Position numbers and translations under genes: made by a program
The notes under the pieces: model-generated
Told to the model about the DNA's origin: nothing
Seen by the model: only the letters and a program-made list of their open reading frames with translations
The model's database searches: none
In this document: positions 48,622-59,041 of the stretch, one piece after another
Position numbering within the stretch: the first letter of the stretch is position 1
Layout of the letters: every line of letters starts with the position of its first letter
From: Alphaproteobacteria bacterium
Lineage (GTDB): Bacteria > Pseudomonadota > Alphaproteobacteria > UBA828
Assembly (NCBI GenBank): GCA_965220745.1
Contig: CBDCQT010000011.1
Span: 320,001 to 384,000 of the forward strand
DNA: 64,000 nucleotides
Reading direction: 5' to 3'

Positions 48622-49716
48622 ATGAGCGACCAGGCGATCTTGCGCATCGAGGCGGTCGAGAAGCGCTTCGGTGCAGTTCGCGCGGTCGACGGCGTAAGCC
48701 TCGAGGTCGGCCGCCGCGAGTTCTTTGCGCTGCTGGGGCCCAGCGGTTCGGGCAAGACCACGCTGCTGCGCATCGTTTCCGGCCTGGAGGCGCCCGATCG
48801 CGGCCGGGTGGAGATCGGCGGCACCGACGTGACCAGGCTGCCGCCCTATCTGCGCCGCATCGGCATGGTGTTCCAGGACTTCCTTCTGTTCCCGCACCGC
48901 ACGGTGGCGGAGAACATCACCTTCCCGCTCAAGATGCAGGGCCGGAGTGTGGCCGAGCGGCAGGAACAGCTCGACTGGATCCTCGGGTTCGTCCGCATGG
49001 AAGGGCTCGGGGACCGCTTCCCCCATCAACTCTCAGGCGGCCAGAAGCAACGCGTCGCGCTCGCGCGGGGGCTGGTCTCGCGGCCCGAGCTTCTGCTGCT
49101 CGACGAGCCGTTGGCCAACCTCGACCGCGAGCTGCGCAAGGAGATGGAAATCGAGGTGCGTCGCTACCAGGAGGAGCTCGGCATCCCCTTCGTCTACGTG
49201 ACGCACAACCAGGAAGAGGCGCTCACAATGAGCGACCGCATGGCTGTGATGCACCAGGGCGTGCTGGAGCAGATCGGACCCAAGCTGGACGTCTACAACG
49301 CGCCGGCCACGCGGTTCGTCGCCTCCTTCGTCGGCGCGCCGAACAAGCTCTCCGGGCGCGTGATCGAGGGCGAGGGCGAACGCCTCCGCATCGACTGGGA
49401 CGGCATCACGCTGATCGGACGTTCCGTCGGCGACGCCCGGCCGGGCGATGCGGTGGAGATTTATCTCAAGAGTGAACGGATCGCGCTCAGCGCTTCGGCA
49501 GATGGCATCCATCACGAGAACCGGATCGAAGGGACGGTGCGCGACATCATCTTCAAGGGCCAGTTCGCCGACTACATCGTGCGCGCCGGTAACGAGGCGG
49601 AGCTGGTCGTGAGCGGGCCGCCCAGCATCGCCGGCGTCGACCGTGGCTCCCCCGTGAGCCTGGGCTGGGCGGTCGAGGCGGCCGACGTGTTCTTGGCCGG
49701 GGACGGCGCGCCATGA
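48622..49716 (+). CDS. ABC transporter ATPase (PotA-like)
   Basis: GPSGSGKTT, LSGGQKQR, LLDEP, VTHNQEEA, TOBE tail. Confidence 0.93.
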   Translation: MSDQAILRIEAVEKRFGAVRAVDGVSLEVGRREFFALLGPSGSGKTTLLRIVSGLEAPDRGRVEIGGTDVTRLPPYLRRIGMVFQDFLLFPHRTVAENITFPLKMQGRSVAERQEQLDWILGFVRMEGLGDRFPHQLSGGQKQRVALARGLVSRPELLLLDEPLANLDRELRKEMEIEVRRYQEELGIPFVYVTHNQEEALTMSDRMAVMHQGVLEQIGPKLDVYNAPATRFVASFVGAPNKLSGRVIEGEGERLRIDWDGITLIGRSVGDARPGDAVEIYLKSERIALSASADGIHHENRIEGTVRDIIFKGQFADYIVRAGNEAELVVSGPPSIAGVDRGSPVSLGWAVEAADVFLAGDGAP

Positions 49717-49744
49717 CGCCCAAGGTGTCGGAGGACGGCGCGCC

Positions 49745-50626
49745 GTGAAGGGGCGTCGAGCGCTCCTGCTCGATCCACGCGTCCGCTTTGCGACGCTGGT
49801 AGGGCCCGGCGCGCTCTTCATCGTCCTCTTCCTGCTGATACCGCTGCTCTCGATCGTCGTTTTCAGTTTTTGGCGGACTGAAAGCTATGAGCTGATTTCC
49901 GACTGGAACGTAAACAACTACGAGGCGGTCCTGGGCGAATGGATCTACCTCAAGTTCCTGCTGAAATCGCTCGCCATGGCTGCCGCGGTCTCCGCTATCT
50001 GCCTCGTTTATGCCTGGCCCTGTGCGTACCTGATTGCCAAGCACGGCGGCCGCTACAAGCTGGTCCTCGTGCTCCTCACAGCAGCCCCGTTCCTGACGGG
50101 AATCCTGCTACGAATTACCGCGATGCAGCAGATCTTGGGGCCAATCGGGCTGGTCAACATGGCGCTGATGGAGTTGGGTGCGCAGCCGATCCAGGTGCTG
50201 ATGTACACCAACATCGCCAGCGCAGTGGGTCTGATTTATCTCTGGATCCCCTTCATGCTGCTGGCGATCTACCTCTCCCTCTTCAACTTCAACTTCGAGC
50301 TGCTGGAAGTGGCGAAGGTGAACGGCGCAAGACCGTGGCGGGCGTTCTTCGAGGTGACGTGGCCGCTCAACTGGATGGGAACTGCGATCGGGATCGTGCT
50401 GGTCTTCATTCCCACCTTCGCCGCGTCCGTGACGCCGCGCTTCCTGGGCGGGCCCGACGGCTCAATGTTCGTCAACCGCCTCGAACATCAATTCGGATCT
50501 GCCGGCACGTGGGCGCTCGGCTCGGCCATGGGGGTGGTGATGTGCGTGGCCTCGCTCGCCGTCATCTTCGTGTTGTGGCGCACGGTCCGGCTGCGCCGGG
50601 CGGGATTCACGGGCGCGGGGGCCTGA
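49745..50626 (+). CDS. ABC transporter permease (PotB-like)
   Basis: Six TM helices, EVAKVNGA EAA loop. Confidence 0.9.
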   Translation: MKGRRALLLDPRVRFATLVGPGALFIVLFLLIPLLSIVVFSFWRTESYELISDWNVNNYEAVLGEWIYLKFLLKSLAMAAAVSAICLVYAWPCAYLIAKHGGRYKLVLVLLTAAPFLTGILLRITAMQQILGPIGLVNMALMELGAQPIQVLMYTNIASAVGLIYLWIPFMLLAIYLSLFNFNFELLEVAKVNGARPWRAFFEVTWPLNWMGTAIGIVLVFIPTFAASVTPRFLGGPDGSMFVNRLEHQFGSAGTWALGSAMGVVMCVASLAVIFVLWRTVRLRRAGFTGAGA

Positions 50627-50627
50627 C

Positions 50628-51446
50628 ATGGCCGCGGTGAATCCAGGCGCGCGCTTCGTGATCGGCGGCCAGACCGCGATGCTGCTGGCGCTCTACCTGT
50701 TCCTCTACTTCCCCATCTTCTACATCGGCTATCTCTCGATCATGGAGAACAACGTGTGGCCCTTCCCGCCGGTCTTCACCGGGGAGTGGTACGACCGTCT
50801 CATGATCATGAGCGACTTTCACGTGGGCCTCTTGAACAGCGTGCTCATCGGTGTCGGCACGGCCTCGCTTTCCACGCTGTTCGCCACAGCCGCCGCGATC
50901 GGAATCCTGCGCTATCCGATCCGGCGCCGAGGGGTGATCGTCGTCCTGTTTCTCGCGCCGCTCTTCGTCGCCCAGATCCTGATCGGGATCTCGACCTTGA
51001 TGTTCAACCGCAACGTGCTCGGGATTCCCGGCAACATCGAATCAGCGATCGTGGCCAACACGGCCTACAGCGTGTCGTTCGCGTTTCTCGTGATCCTGGC
51101 GCAGCTGGTGCGCTACGACTGGCGCTTCGACGAAGTCGCGCAGGTGTTCGGCGCGCGGCCGTTTCGTACCTTTCGGGAAGTCACGTTCCCCAACATCTGG
51201 CCGGCCGTGCTCGGCGCCTTCATCATCAGCTTCATTCTCGGCTTCAACAACTTCGAGATCACCTTCTACAACGTGGCCGCCATCCCGACGCTCCCCACCA
51301 TCGCCTGGGGAACGCTGCGCCACGGAATCGAGCCGGAGCTTTACGCGCTGGCGACCATCGTCAATGCGCTGGTGTTCCTTCTCCTTTTCATCATCTATCT
51401 GCTGATCCGCGTCGGCGCGCTCCGTCTCGGCGTGCCCGACGACTGA
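50628..51446 (+). CDS. ABC transporter permease (PotC-like)
   Basis: LYLFLYFPI, EVAQVFGA loop, TLP. Confidence 0.9.
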   Translation: MAAVNPGARFVIGGQTAMLLALYLFLYFPIFYIGYLSIMENNVWPFPPVFTGEWYDRLMIMSDFHVGLLNSVLIGVGTASLSTLFATAAAIGILRYPIRRRGVIVVLFLAPLFVAQILIGISTLMFNRNVLGIPGNIESAIVANTAYSVSFAFLVILAQLVRYDWRFDEVAQVFGARPFRTFREVTFPNIWPAVLGAFIISFILGFNNFEITFYNVAAIPTLPTIAWGTLRHGIEPELYALATIVNALVFLLLFIIYLLIRVGALRLGVPDD

Positions 51447-51460
51447 GACTCGTGGCCGGC

Positions 51461-52579
51461 TTACGCCGGCAAGCGATAGTCGCGGATGACGTCCGGATCG
51501 GGCTCGGCGCCGAGGCCGGGGCCGGTGGGGATGCGGAAGTGGCCATTCTCGTCCGGTGAGACAAACCCCGGATAGAGCGTCGCCTCAAGCCGCGTATAGA
51601 AGCGCTCGGCCCAGCCCCCGCCGGGGCGCCCGGTGAGCGGCATCGCCCCGAAAAGCTGCAGGGTCGCGAGCCAGCCGGGACCGAAGTAGGGCGAGTGCGG
51701 CATCACCGTCACGCTGTAACCCTCAGCCAGCGCAAGCACCTTGAGGAACTCGGTCACGCCGCCCACTTTGGTCACGCTCGGCTGCACGTAGCGCACCGCG
51801 CCGGCATCCAGCATCCGGCGAAACTCGAACGCCGTGCAGGCATTCTCGCCGCAGGCCAGGTCGATGCCCGACTCCTGCTGCAGCCGCGCCAGCGCCCCAA
51901 AATCCTCTGGTGGGAAGATGGGCTCCTCCAGCCAGTAGAGGTCGTAGGGCTTGAGCCGTTCCGCCATCGCGCTCGCCTCGGCCGGCGTCCACGGGCAGTT
52001 CGTGTCCGTGCAGAGCGGTATGTCGGCACCCATCGCCTCGCGCGCCGCCCCGATCTCAGGCTCGCCCGTCTCGTGCAGCTTGATGGCGGGGTAGCCCTCG
52101 TCCAGCGCGTTGCGCACAGTCGCAGCGACCAGTTCCCGATCCCGGTACTTGAGCAGGCTCGCGTAGCCGGGGACGAGCGGCGGTGTGGCCGGCCCGCCGA
52201 GGAGCTGTGCCAGCGGCAGCCCCGCCCTCTTTCCCGCAAGGTCCCAGAGCGCGATGTCGATGGCGGAGATGCCGAACATGGTGACGCCGTAGCGGCCGAA
52301 GAGATGCAGCGCCTGCTGCAGATCGCGGTTGAGCGAGGCGATGCCCGTGGCGTCGCGCCCGATCAGGATTGGCGCCACCGTCGAGTCGACAATCGCCTTG
52401 AGTGCCGGCAGGCAGTTGTAGCTGAAGCATTCGCCCCAGCCTGAAGCACCGTCCTCGGTCTCGACCCGCACCAGGAGGATGCTGAGCCCTTGCCAGGCCT
52501 GCCCGCCCCAGGCCGGCGGTGGGCCGCCGTGATCGTGGGGGATGGCGAGGGGGATGGTTTCGATGCGGGTGATCTTCAT
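51461..52579 (-). CDS. Mandelate racemase/muconate lactonizing enzyme (enolase superfamily)
   Basis: IDIALWDLAGK, KLH, DTN, WLEEP, GEN, PTGPGLG. Confidence 0.92.
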   Translation of the reverse strand: MKITRIETIPLAIPHDHGGPPPAWGGQAWQGLSILLVRVETEDGASGWGECFSYNCLPALKAIVDSTVAPILIGRDATGIASLNRDLQQALHLFGRYGVTMFGISAIDIALWDLAGKRAGLPLAQLLGGPATPPLVPGYASLLKYRDRELVAATVRNALDEGYPAIKLHETGEPEIGAAREAMGADIPLCTDTNCPWTPAEASAMAERLKPYDLYWLEEPIFPPEDFGALARLQQESGIDLACGENACTAFEFRRMLDAGAVRYVQPSVTKVGGVTEFLKVLALAEGYSVTVMPHSPYFGPGWLATLQLFGAMPLTGRPGGGWAERFYTRLEATLYPGFVSPDENGHFRIPTGPGLGAEPDPDVIRDYRLPA

Positions 52580-52612
52580 GGGTGTATCCCGAGTGCGCGC
52601 TGTCGCGGTTGG

Positions 52613-53338
52613 TCAGGGGAGATCGCCGATCAAGTCGCGGATGTGGCCGGGCGGCGGTGGCGGCAGCGCGATGCCGAAGCGGCGCTTCAACGCGTCGGCG
52701 ATGAGCTCGAAGCAGGCGCCGTAGCGCACGACCTCGAAGGTCTCCAGGTCGAGCAGGGTCGATGAGGCCCGATACAGGTGATAGAGGCGAAGCCCGTGGT
52801 CGATGACGATATCGGCGATTGCGATCAACTCGGGCTCGATATCCTCGACCCGGAACTTCGTGCCGGACAGCGAGAGGTTCGCCGACGAGCCGAACAGCGG
52901 GTGCTGCGCCTCGCGGCTGAGCCGCGTGATCGCTGCGTGGAACGGTCCTGCGTTGAGCAGCATCAGCACGGTGCCGGTGCTGGTGGAGGCGGCGAGCGCG
53001 TCGGGCTCCATCTTGCGCAGGATGGGATGGTCCATGCGTGCCGGTGCAATCGCGCCGAGGGGCAGGTCGAGATCCTCGATCAAGGTGCCGGCGACGTCCC
53101 AGCCCTTCTGATCGAGCACGTGAAGCTCACGGTGCAGGGCCATGTCGCCGAGCATCGCGTTCAGCTTCGACGGCGCGCGTTGCTTGGTCTCGAAGATCGT
53201 CTTCAGCGCCGCGGCCGACCCGCCGATGACGGAATAGCCGACACTCATGGGCAGAATGGCGATTCCGCCCCGTTCGAGTATGGCGAAGGCCCGCTCGGCG
53301 TCGCGCTGAACGTCCGATCTCCCCGCCACGGCCGGCAT
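52613..53338 (-). CDS. Sua5/YrdC-fold protein (divergent)
   Basis: GGIAILP, KQR, SSANLS, STLLD. Confidence 0.72.
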   Translation of the reverse strand: MPAVAGRSDVQRDAERAFAILERGGIAILPMSVGYSVIGGSAAALKTIFETKQRAPSKLNAMLGDMALHRELHVLDQKGWDVAGTLIEDLDLPLGAIAPARMDHPILRKMEPDALAASTSTGTVLMLLNAGPFHAAITRLSREAQHPLFGSSANLSLSGTKFRVEDIEPELIAIADIVIDHGLRLYHLYRASSTLLDLETFEVVRYGACFELIADALKRRFGIALPPPPPGHIRDLIGDLP

Positions 53339-53359
53339 CGGCTCGCGCGGCGCGCGCGT

Positions 53360-53761
53360 TCAGATCCCGTGCGTGCCCATCTCGATCAGCTCGACCTTGT
53401 AGCCGTCCGGGTCCTCCACGAACGCGATCACCGTGGTCCCGCCTTTCACCGGCCCCGCCTCGCGCGTGATGTTGCCGCCCGCTTCCCGGATCCGCTCGCA
53501 GGTTTCGGCGACATTGTCCACGCCGAGCGCGATGTGCCCGTACGCGGAGCCGAGATCGTAGTCCGAGACGCCGTGGTTGTAGGTCAGCTCCAGCTCGGCC
53601 TCGCCGTTCTTGTTGCCGCCGTTGAAGGCGACGAATGCAAGCGAATACCCCTGATCGGGGCGCTCGGTGGTGCGCAGCAGGTCCATGCCGACGACCTTGG
53701 TGTAGAAGTCGATGGAGCGCTGCATGTCGCCCACGCGGAGCATGGTGTGAAGAAGCTGCAT
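53360..53761 (-). CDS. gloA: Lactoylglutathione lyase (glyoxalase I)
   Basis: [37 protein letters not shown]. Confidence 0.96.
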   Translation of the reverse strand: MQLLHTMLRVGDMQRSIDFYTKVVGMDLLRTTERPDQGYSLAFVAFNGGNKNGEAELELTYNHGVSDYDLGSAYGHIALGVDNVAETCERIREAGGNITREAGPVKGGTTVIAFVEDPDGYKVELIEMGTHGI

Positions 53762-53860
53762 GGTCATTCTCCCTGGATGGCGGCGCGGCAGAGTATGCGA
53801 TCGGGCGTGCGGACCGCCAGCCCGTTTCGTCCCGATGTGCTTGCCCGCTGTCGCGTTCCC

Positions 53861-54679
53861 TCAGTTTGCGTGCAGGACGGCGTTCAAGAACTGTTGCGTG
53901 CGTTCCCGCTCGGGGTTCTCGAACAACTTGGTCGGCGTTCCCTGCTCTTCGATGGCCCCGTCGAAGAAGAAGCAGACGCGGTCCGAGATCTCCTTGGCGA
54001 AGCCCATCTGGTGGGTGACCATCAGCATGGTGAGGTTGTGAGTGTCCACCAGGTGTTTGATCACGTTGGTTACCTCGCTGATGACCTCGGGGTCCAGCGC
54101 CGATGTCACCTCGTCGAAGAGCATGACCTTGGGTCGCATAGCGAGCGCCCGGGCGATGGCGACCCGCTGCTGCTGTCCGCCGGAGAGGCGCGAGGGGTGC
54201 TGATCGCGCTTCTCGATCATCCCGACCATGTCGAGCAGCTCGAGCGAGCGCTCCTCCGCCTCCTTTCGAGACAAACCCAAGACCTGCACAGGCCCCTCCA
54301 TGCAGTTGCCGAGCGCCGTCATGTGCGGGAACAGGTTGAAGTGCTGGAAGCACATGCCGATCTTGCTGCGCATGCGGCGGAGGTGCGCCGAATTTGCCGA
54401 CACGAGCCGCCCGTTACGTTCCATGTGCGTCAGCGGCTCCCCCTCGACGTAGATGACTCCGTCGTCGATGGTCTCGAGAGTCATCAACATGCGCAGAACG
54501 GTCGTCTTGCCGGAGCCCGAGGGGCCGATGATCGTGACCATTTCGCCGGCGGAGACGTCGAGGTCGAGCTGGTTCAGGACGACGAGCGAGCCGTATCTCT
54601 TGGTCACGTTCTGAAACCTGACCATCGGGATACCGTCGCCTTCCAGGCTCAGCGGGTAGCTCTCCATGCTCACGCTCAT
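53861..54679 (-). CDS. ehuA: Polar amino acid ABC ATPase, EhuA-like
   Basis: GPSGSGKTTVLRMLMTLE, LSGGQQQR, FDEVTSALDPE. Confidence 0.85.
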   Translation of the reverse strand: MSVSMESYPLSLEGDGIPMVRFQNVTKRYGSLVVLNQLDLDVSAGEMVTIIGPSGSGKTTVLRMLMTLETIDDGVIYVEGEPLTHMERNGRLVSANSAHLRRMRSKIGMCFQHFNLFPHMTALGNCMEGPVQVLGLSRKEAEERSLELLDMVGMIEKRDQHPSRLSGGQQQRVAIARALAMRPKVMLFDEVTSALDPEVISEVTNVIKHLVDTHNLTMLMVTHQMGFAKEISDRVCFFFDGAIEEQGTPTKLFENPERERTQQFLNAVLHAN

Positions 54680-55344
54680 TTCGTCATTCCCAGCGTCCGC
54701 CGCACCCATCTCTCGAACACGTTGATCGCGAAGGCGGACGGCAACGAGACGACGAGGAAGATCGCACCGACCATGGTGTAAGGCTCCAGGTACCTGTAGC
54801 TCTCGGCACCCACGGCCGTGGCCGTGTGCATCAACTCGGCCACGCCGATCACCGACAGCATCGGCGTGTCCTTGAAGATGCCGACCAGGTAATTGCCCAT
54901 CCCGGCCACCGCCGGCGGCAGCGCCTGCGGGATGACGATGCGGCGATAGGTGGTGACGATCGGCAGGTTGATCGCCTTCGCGGCTTCCCACTGGCCTTTG
55001 GGCACGCTCTCGATGCCACCGCGGTAGACCTCGGATAGATAGGCGCCGTAGTGCACCCCGATGGCGATCAGGCCCGCTGTCCAGGGCGAGAGCGTCAGCC
55101 CGAACTGCGGGCCGACGTAGTAGACGAAGAAGATTTGCAGGAGCAGCGGCGTCGAGCGTATGAGCTCGACGAATTCCCGGACGACCAGGGTCACGGGGAG
55201 AAGCGGCGTGCGCTGGGCCAGAACGAAGACAAGGCCCAGAACGATCGCGATCGTATAGCCGCCGCCGGCGGCGATCAGGGTCTTCCCCGTCGCGTCGACG
55301 AAGCGCGGCGCGAGCTCCCACACCCAATCCCATCGCCACTCCAC
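54676..55344 (-). CDS. ehuD: Amino acid ABC permease, EhuD-like
   Basis: MEWRWDW, RSTPLLLQ, GQWEAA, FKDTP, YLEPYT. Confidence 0.85.
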   Translation of the reverse strand: MEWRWDWVWELAPRFVDATGKTLIAAGGGYTIAIVLGLVFVLAQRTPLLPVTLVVREFVELIRSTPLLLQIFFVYYVGPQFGLTLSPWTAGLIAIGVHYGAYLSEVYRGGIESVPKGQWEAAKAINLPIVTTYRRIVIPQALPPAVAGMGNYLVGIFKDTPMLSVIGVAELMHTATAVGAESYRYLEPYTMVGAIFLVVSLPSAFAINVFERWVRRTLGMTK

Positions 55345-55348
55345 GGCG

Positions 55349-56014
55349 CTAGACCTTTCCGACCCGCCGGTTCATCAGACGCTCCAGCCCCCGCATGCCG
55401 GGCGTCACGAAGAAGCGGGCAATCACGTAGTAGATGACGATGGCAGTGCCGAACGCTTCAGCCGAGAGGAAAGTGGTGATGTTGATCTGACGCACCTCGA
55501 ACATCAGGTCGGCAACCGCAATCAGCGCAACCAGAGCCGTGCCCTTGAGGATTTCGATGATGAGGTTACCCCAAGGCGGCAGCATGATGATGAAGGCCTG
55601 GGGAAGGATGATTCGCCTCATCCGGTTATGGGGCGCCATGTTCAAGGCCAGTGCGGCCTCCCATTGGCCCTTGGGCACGGCGAGGACGGCGCCCCGCACA
55701 AGCTCAGCACCATAGGCGCCCATATTCAGTCCCACCGCGAGGAAACCGGCCGTGAACTTGTCCAGGGTGATGCCGAAGAGCGGCAGAACGAAGAAAATCC
55801 AGAAAAGCTGCACGAGCAGAGACGTGCCGCGAAAGAACTCGATGTAGGCGACCGCGACGGCGCGCACCACGGGGCTCCGCGCGAGGCGCATCAGCCCGAA
55901 GGCGAGCGCGGCGACGACCGCGACGAATGTGGCCAGGAAGAACTGGTAGATCGTGACGATGGTGCCGTCGATCAGCCGGCCGCCGTACACGTCCAGGAAT
56001 TCAATGTATGTCAT
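55349..56014 (-). CDS. ehuC: Amino acid ABC permease, EhuC-like
   Basis: FFRGTSLLVQLFW, PPWGNLIIEILKGT. Confidence 0.85.
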   Translation of the reverse strand: MTYIEFLDVYGGRLIDGTIVTIYQFFLATFVAVVAALAFGLMRLARSPVVRAVAVAYIEFFRGTSLLVQLFWIFFVLPLFGITLDKFTAGFLAVGLNMGAYGAELVRGAVLAVPKGQWEAALALNMAPHNRMRRIILPQAFIIMLPPWGNLIIEILKGTALVALIAVADLMFEVRQINITTFLSAEAFGTAIVIYYVIARFFVTPGMRGLERLMNRRVGKV

Positions 56015-56101
56015 TGCGACGGGTCTTCGTTGCCCAGCGTCGCGCGGAACGGGAGGGGGACCGGCGCGCTTGGACGCGCGCCGGTTTCCCCGAGTCGGTG
56101 G

Positions 56102-56953
56102 CTAGGAGTCGGTTACCGGGCGATTGACGCAGATCCACTCTGTCGCGACATCGCCGGGAACATTCGACCGCGTGTAGTCATAGGGCGCGACGTTGGCCAG
56201 CATCTCGTCGGAGCCGATATAGCCTTCCATCGCCGCGTTGAATGCTTCGCGGAAGCCGTCGTCATCCTGATGGAAGCCAATGCCGACCCAGTTGAAGGTC
56301 CACTGGGGCAGGGCATTGGTGTCGGTCGCATCGATGTCGTCGGCTTCGCGAGCGATTTTGTCCGCCTCCGCCGATGTCATGGCGCCGGCGTCCGCTCGGC
56401 CAGCGCGAACCGCGGCAAGGGCTTCGGTGATACCAGGCACCTGCATGATCTTGTCCTCGGGGATGCCCTCGCTACGCGCCTCTTCGATATTGATGTAGCC
56501 GGTGACCCCGACCATCATGGCGCCGGCATTCTTGATGTCCTGGTAGGTTTGAATCCCCATGGGATTGCCGGCCGGCACGATGAAGGCGTTTCCGAACTGC
56601 CCGATCGGCTCGGAGAAGTCGATGTTCTCGCAGCGGGCCCTGAGGATGTACATGCCGCCGGTGATGATATCGACGCGCTCGGCGACGAGGCTGGGAATGA
56701 GCCCGCTCCAGTCCGTCACCACCGGCTCGACATTGGTGTGGCCCATCCTCGCCAGCACATCGGTGGTGATGACGTTGACGAAGCCGAGCGGCGAGCCGTC
56801 CTCGCCCGGGTGCGCCCATGGCGGGGCGTTGGCGAAGCCGAGCCGAATGGGTTCGCCTGCGGCGACCCTGTCTTCAAGTGGACCGGCTTGAACGGAGCCG
56901 GCGGCCAGAGCCAGCGCGACGGCGACGGCGCCTGCGGTAAGTTTCCATTTCAT
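56102..56953 (-). CDS. ehuB: ABC substrate-binding protein, EhuB-like
   Basis: Signal peptide; LIPSL...DIITGGMYILRARC, VPAGNP; ligand not certain. Confidence 0.8.
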   Translation of the reverse strand: MKWKLTAGAVAVALALAAGSVQAGPLEDRVAAGEPIRLGFANAPPWAHPGEDGSPLGFVNVITTDVLARMGHTNVEPVVTDWSGLIPSLVAERVDIITGGMYILRARCENIDFSEPIGQFGNAFIVPAGNPMGIQTYQDIKNAGAMMVGVTGYINIEEARSEGIPEDKIMQVPGITEALAAVRAGRADAGAMTSAEADKIAREADDIDATDTNALPQWTFNWVGIGFHQDDDGFREAFNAAMEGYIGSDEMLANVAPYDYTRSNVPGDVATEWICVNRPVTDS

Positions 56954-57192
56954 TTGAAGTCTCTCCCTCTGTTTTCTTGCCGGCCCGAGTTATCCAAGTT
57001 TGGATGGCCGGACCTGGCGGCTTATGCCCGCTGCGCGTTTGGCGTCTTTTCGGGGGCAATGGGACGTCTTGCGTCTTTCCTCCGTCTTGATGGCGAATTC
57101 AGAACTTCAAGGGCCGCGTGCGCGGTGTGGCACTGTCAGAAGTTGCGTGTCCTTTAGGCACGGCGAATTCGGGCCTGATCGCGATCCCGCGC

Positions 57193-58308
57193 TCATCGCA
57201 GGCTCTTCAGCACGAGCTCCTGGAAGCTTCGCACCGAGTCCTCCCACACCGGGGAAAGCACGCCGCCGTCGTCGGCGACGACGGATGCGCGGCCTTGCTG
57301 GAGCCGCTCGCAGATCACCTGGTCCTCCACGTGCACGTCGCGCCAAAGCGTCGCGAGCTGCTCCGCCTCCTCGGCCGATGGCGGCTCTGACTTGAGGCTG
57401 TAGACGGCGCGGCGCTGGAGGGTGCGGTCCGGCGCCAACGGTACGTCCAGGTGCACGCCAACCTGGTCCGGGTGGTAAATCCCCAACGAGAAGTTGGGGA
57501 AGATCGTGAGGTAGCGGGAATCCGCCGAAAGCGTATCGTCCCGCTTCGCCTCGCTGGAGACATCCACGGCGCAGCCCAGGCAGCCCGGCTCGTTCAGGGT
57601 GTAGTGGTCGGTTAGCGGCTGCTCGGTGGTCGTCGCGTGCACGAAGGGCACGTGATAGGGCTCGATGAAGTTCTCCATCAGGAGCTTCCAGTTCGCGGCG
57701 ATCTCGCCCAGATCGACCGTGACCACGTGCTGCATCCGGCCGAGGTCAAGCCCGTCGATCTGGCTCTGGAGCGGGGCGACGACGTCATCGAGCGGCGGTG
57801 CTGCGCCGTTCAGGTTGACGAAGATCCAGTCGTGCCAGGTCGCCACCCGCACCGGCACCAGCCCGTGCTGCGCGCGGTCGAAGCCGGCCGGCACCGCGCG
57901 CGGGTCGTGCCCGCCGAAGTAGGGAGCGACGTGTAGCGCGCCGTCGAGCTTGTAGGTCCAAGAGTGATAGGGGCATTGGATGGTGGGTCCCACGTTGCCG
58001 GGCCCCTCGACGAGCTTGAGGCAGCGATGGCGGCAGACGTTGTGGAACGCCCGCACCTCCCCATCCGCGTCGCGCACCAGCAGCACCGGCTTGCCCGCCA
58101 CGGTGACCGGCACCACATCGCCCGGCTGCGCCAGCTCGTGCGCCAGGCCGGTGAACACCCACGATTCAGTGAAAATCCGCTCGTTCTCGAGCGCGAAGAC
58201 TGCCTCGCTCGTATAGGCCGCTGCCGGCAAGCCGCGCGCTACAGCCCCTGGAGCCTCGAACGCAGCAAGCGCCTCCTCTCCCAGGATCGATTGCAGCGAC
58301 AGGCTCAT
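57193..58308 (-). CDS. Rieske non-heme iron oxygenase alpha subunit (choline monooxygenase-like)
   Basis: CRH...CPYH Rieske motif; NWKLLMENFIEPYHVPFVH; ED...E.LQQG. Confidence 0.92.
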   Translation of the reverse strand: MSLSLQSILGEEALAAFEAPGAVARGLPAAAYTSEAVFALENERIFTESWVFTGLAHELAQPGDVVPVTVAGKPVLLVRDADGEVRAFHNVCRHRCLKLVEGPGNVGPTIQCPYHSWTYKLDGALHVAPYFGGHDPRAVPAGFDRAQHGLVPVRVATWHDWIFVNLNGAAPPLDDVVAPLQSQIDGLDLGRMQHVVTVDLGEIAANWKLLMENFIEPYHVPFVHATTTEQPLTDHYTLNEPGCLGCAVDVSSEAKRDDTLSADSRYLTIFPNFSLGIYHPDQVGVHLDVPLAPDRTLQRRAVYSLKSEPPSAEEAEQLATLWRDVHVEDQVICERLQQGRASVVADDGGVLSPVWEDSVRSFQELVLKSLR

Positions 58309-58332
58309 GGCGATCTCCGTCAGAGCGCCGGG

Positions 58333-58857
58333 CTAGGGCACGTTGCGCTTGAGCAGGAACTGGTTCTTGAACATGCCGAGCCGAGTCATGACCTCGACGT
58401 GCGCGATGTCGGGCTGACCGTGAATATGATCGTTCAGGAAGTTCGCGAGCTCGGTTTCCTCGTCGCACACGACCTCGACCAGCAGGTCGAACCGGCCGCT
58501 GACCCACATGACGTAGACGACGGCTTCGTGAGGATCGAGCCGCTCGGCGACTGCGGTGGGAGCCACGCCCGGCGCGGTCTTGATGCCGAGCATCGCGTCG
58601 GACTCGTAGTCGACGGCCACCGGGTCGACCACCGCCACGATGCGGAGCATGCCGGCGTCCCGCATCCTGGTGACGCGGTTGCGGACCGTCCCACCCGACA
58701 CGCCGAGCTTCTGCCCGATCTCGTCGTAAGTGGCCCGCCCGTCGTCCTGGAGCAGGCGAATGATCTGTTGGTTGAGATCGTCGTGAGGAGACGAGAGCGG
58801 CGAGACATTGCCGCCGTCATTCGCTGCCTGAAACGCCTGCTGCGTAGGTCGGGACAT
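58333..58857 (-). CDS. Lrp/AsnC family regulator
   Basis: IIRLLQDDGR, TVRNRV, SGRFDLLV. Confidence 0.92.
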   Translation of the reverse strand: MSRPTQQAFQAANDGGNVSPLSSPHDDLNQQIIRLLQDDGRATYDEIGQKLGVSGGTVRNRVTRMRDAGMLRIVAVVDPVAVDYESDAMLGIKTAPGVAPTAVAERLDPHEAVVYVMWVSGRFDLLVEVVCDEETELANFLNDHIHGQPDIAHVEVMTRLGMFKNQFLLKRNVP

Positions 58858-59041
58858 GCGCTCTGCTCCTGGCGCCGCTGGCTGGGGAGCGCGGCGGACG
58901 TTGCCATATCCTCAACGTAGCGTTTATAATGTGATGAATCCTCAGTAATGGTCAACAATAATTCATTAAATTTAAAGGATAGGGACCAGTGCGTCGGATT
59001 CGTCATCGCCATCGATCGCCACGCAGGGAGGTAAACACCCG
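58858..59041. promoter_or_regulatory. AT-rich divergent promoter region
   Basis: TATAAT and A/T tracts between divergent lrp and GS-like genes; GGAGG RBS before 59042. Confidence 0.55.

Noticed and set aside
53861-56953. Calling the locus an ectoine utilisation cluster
   Set aside because: The transporter is Ehu-like, but no ectoine catabolic genes (doeABCD/eutABCDE) are adjacent; the ligand is unproven.
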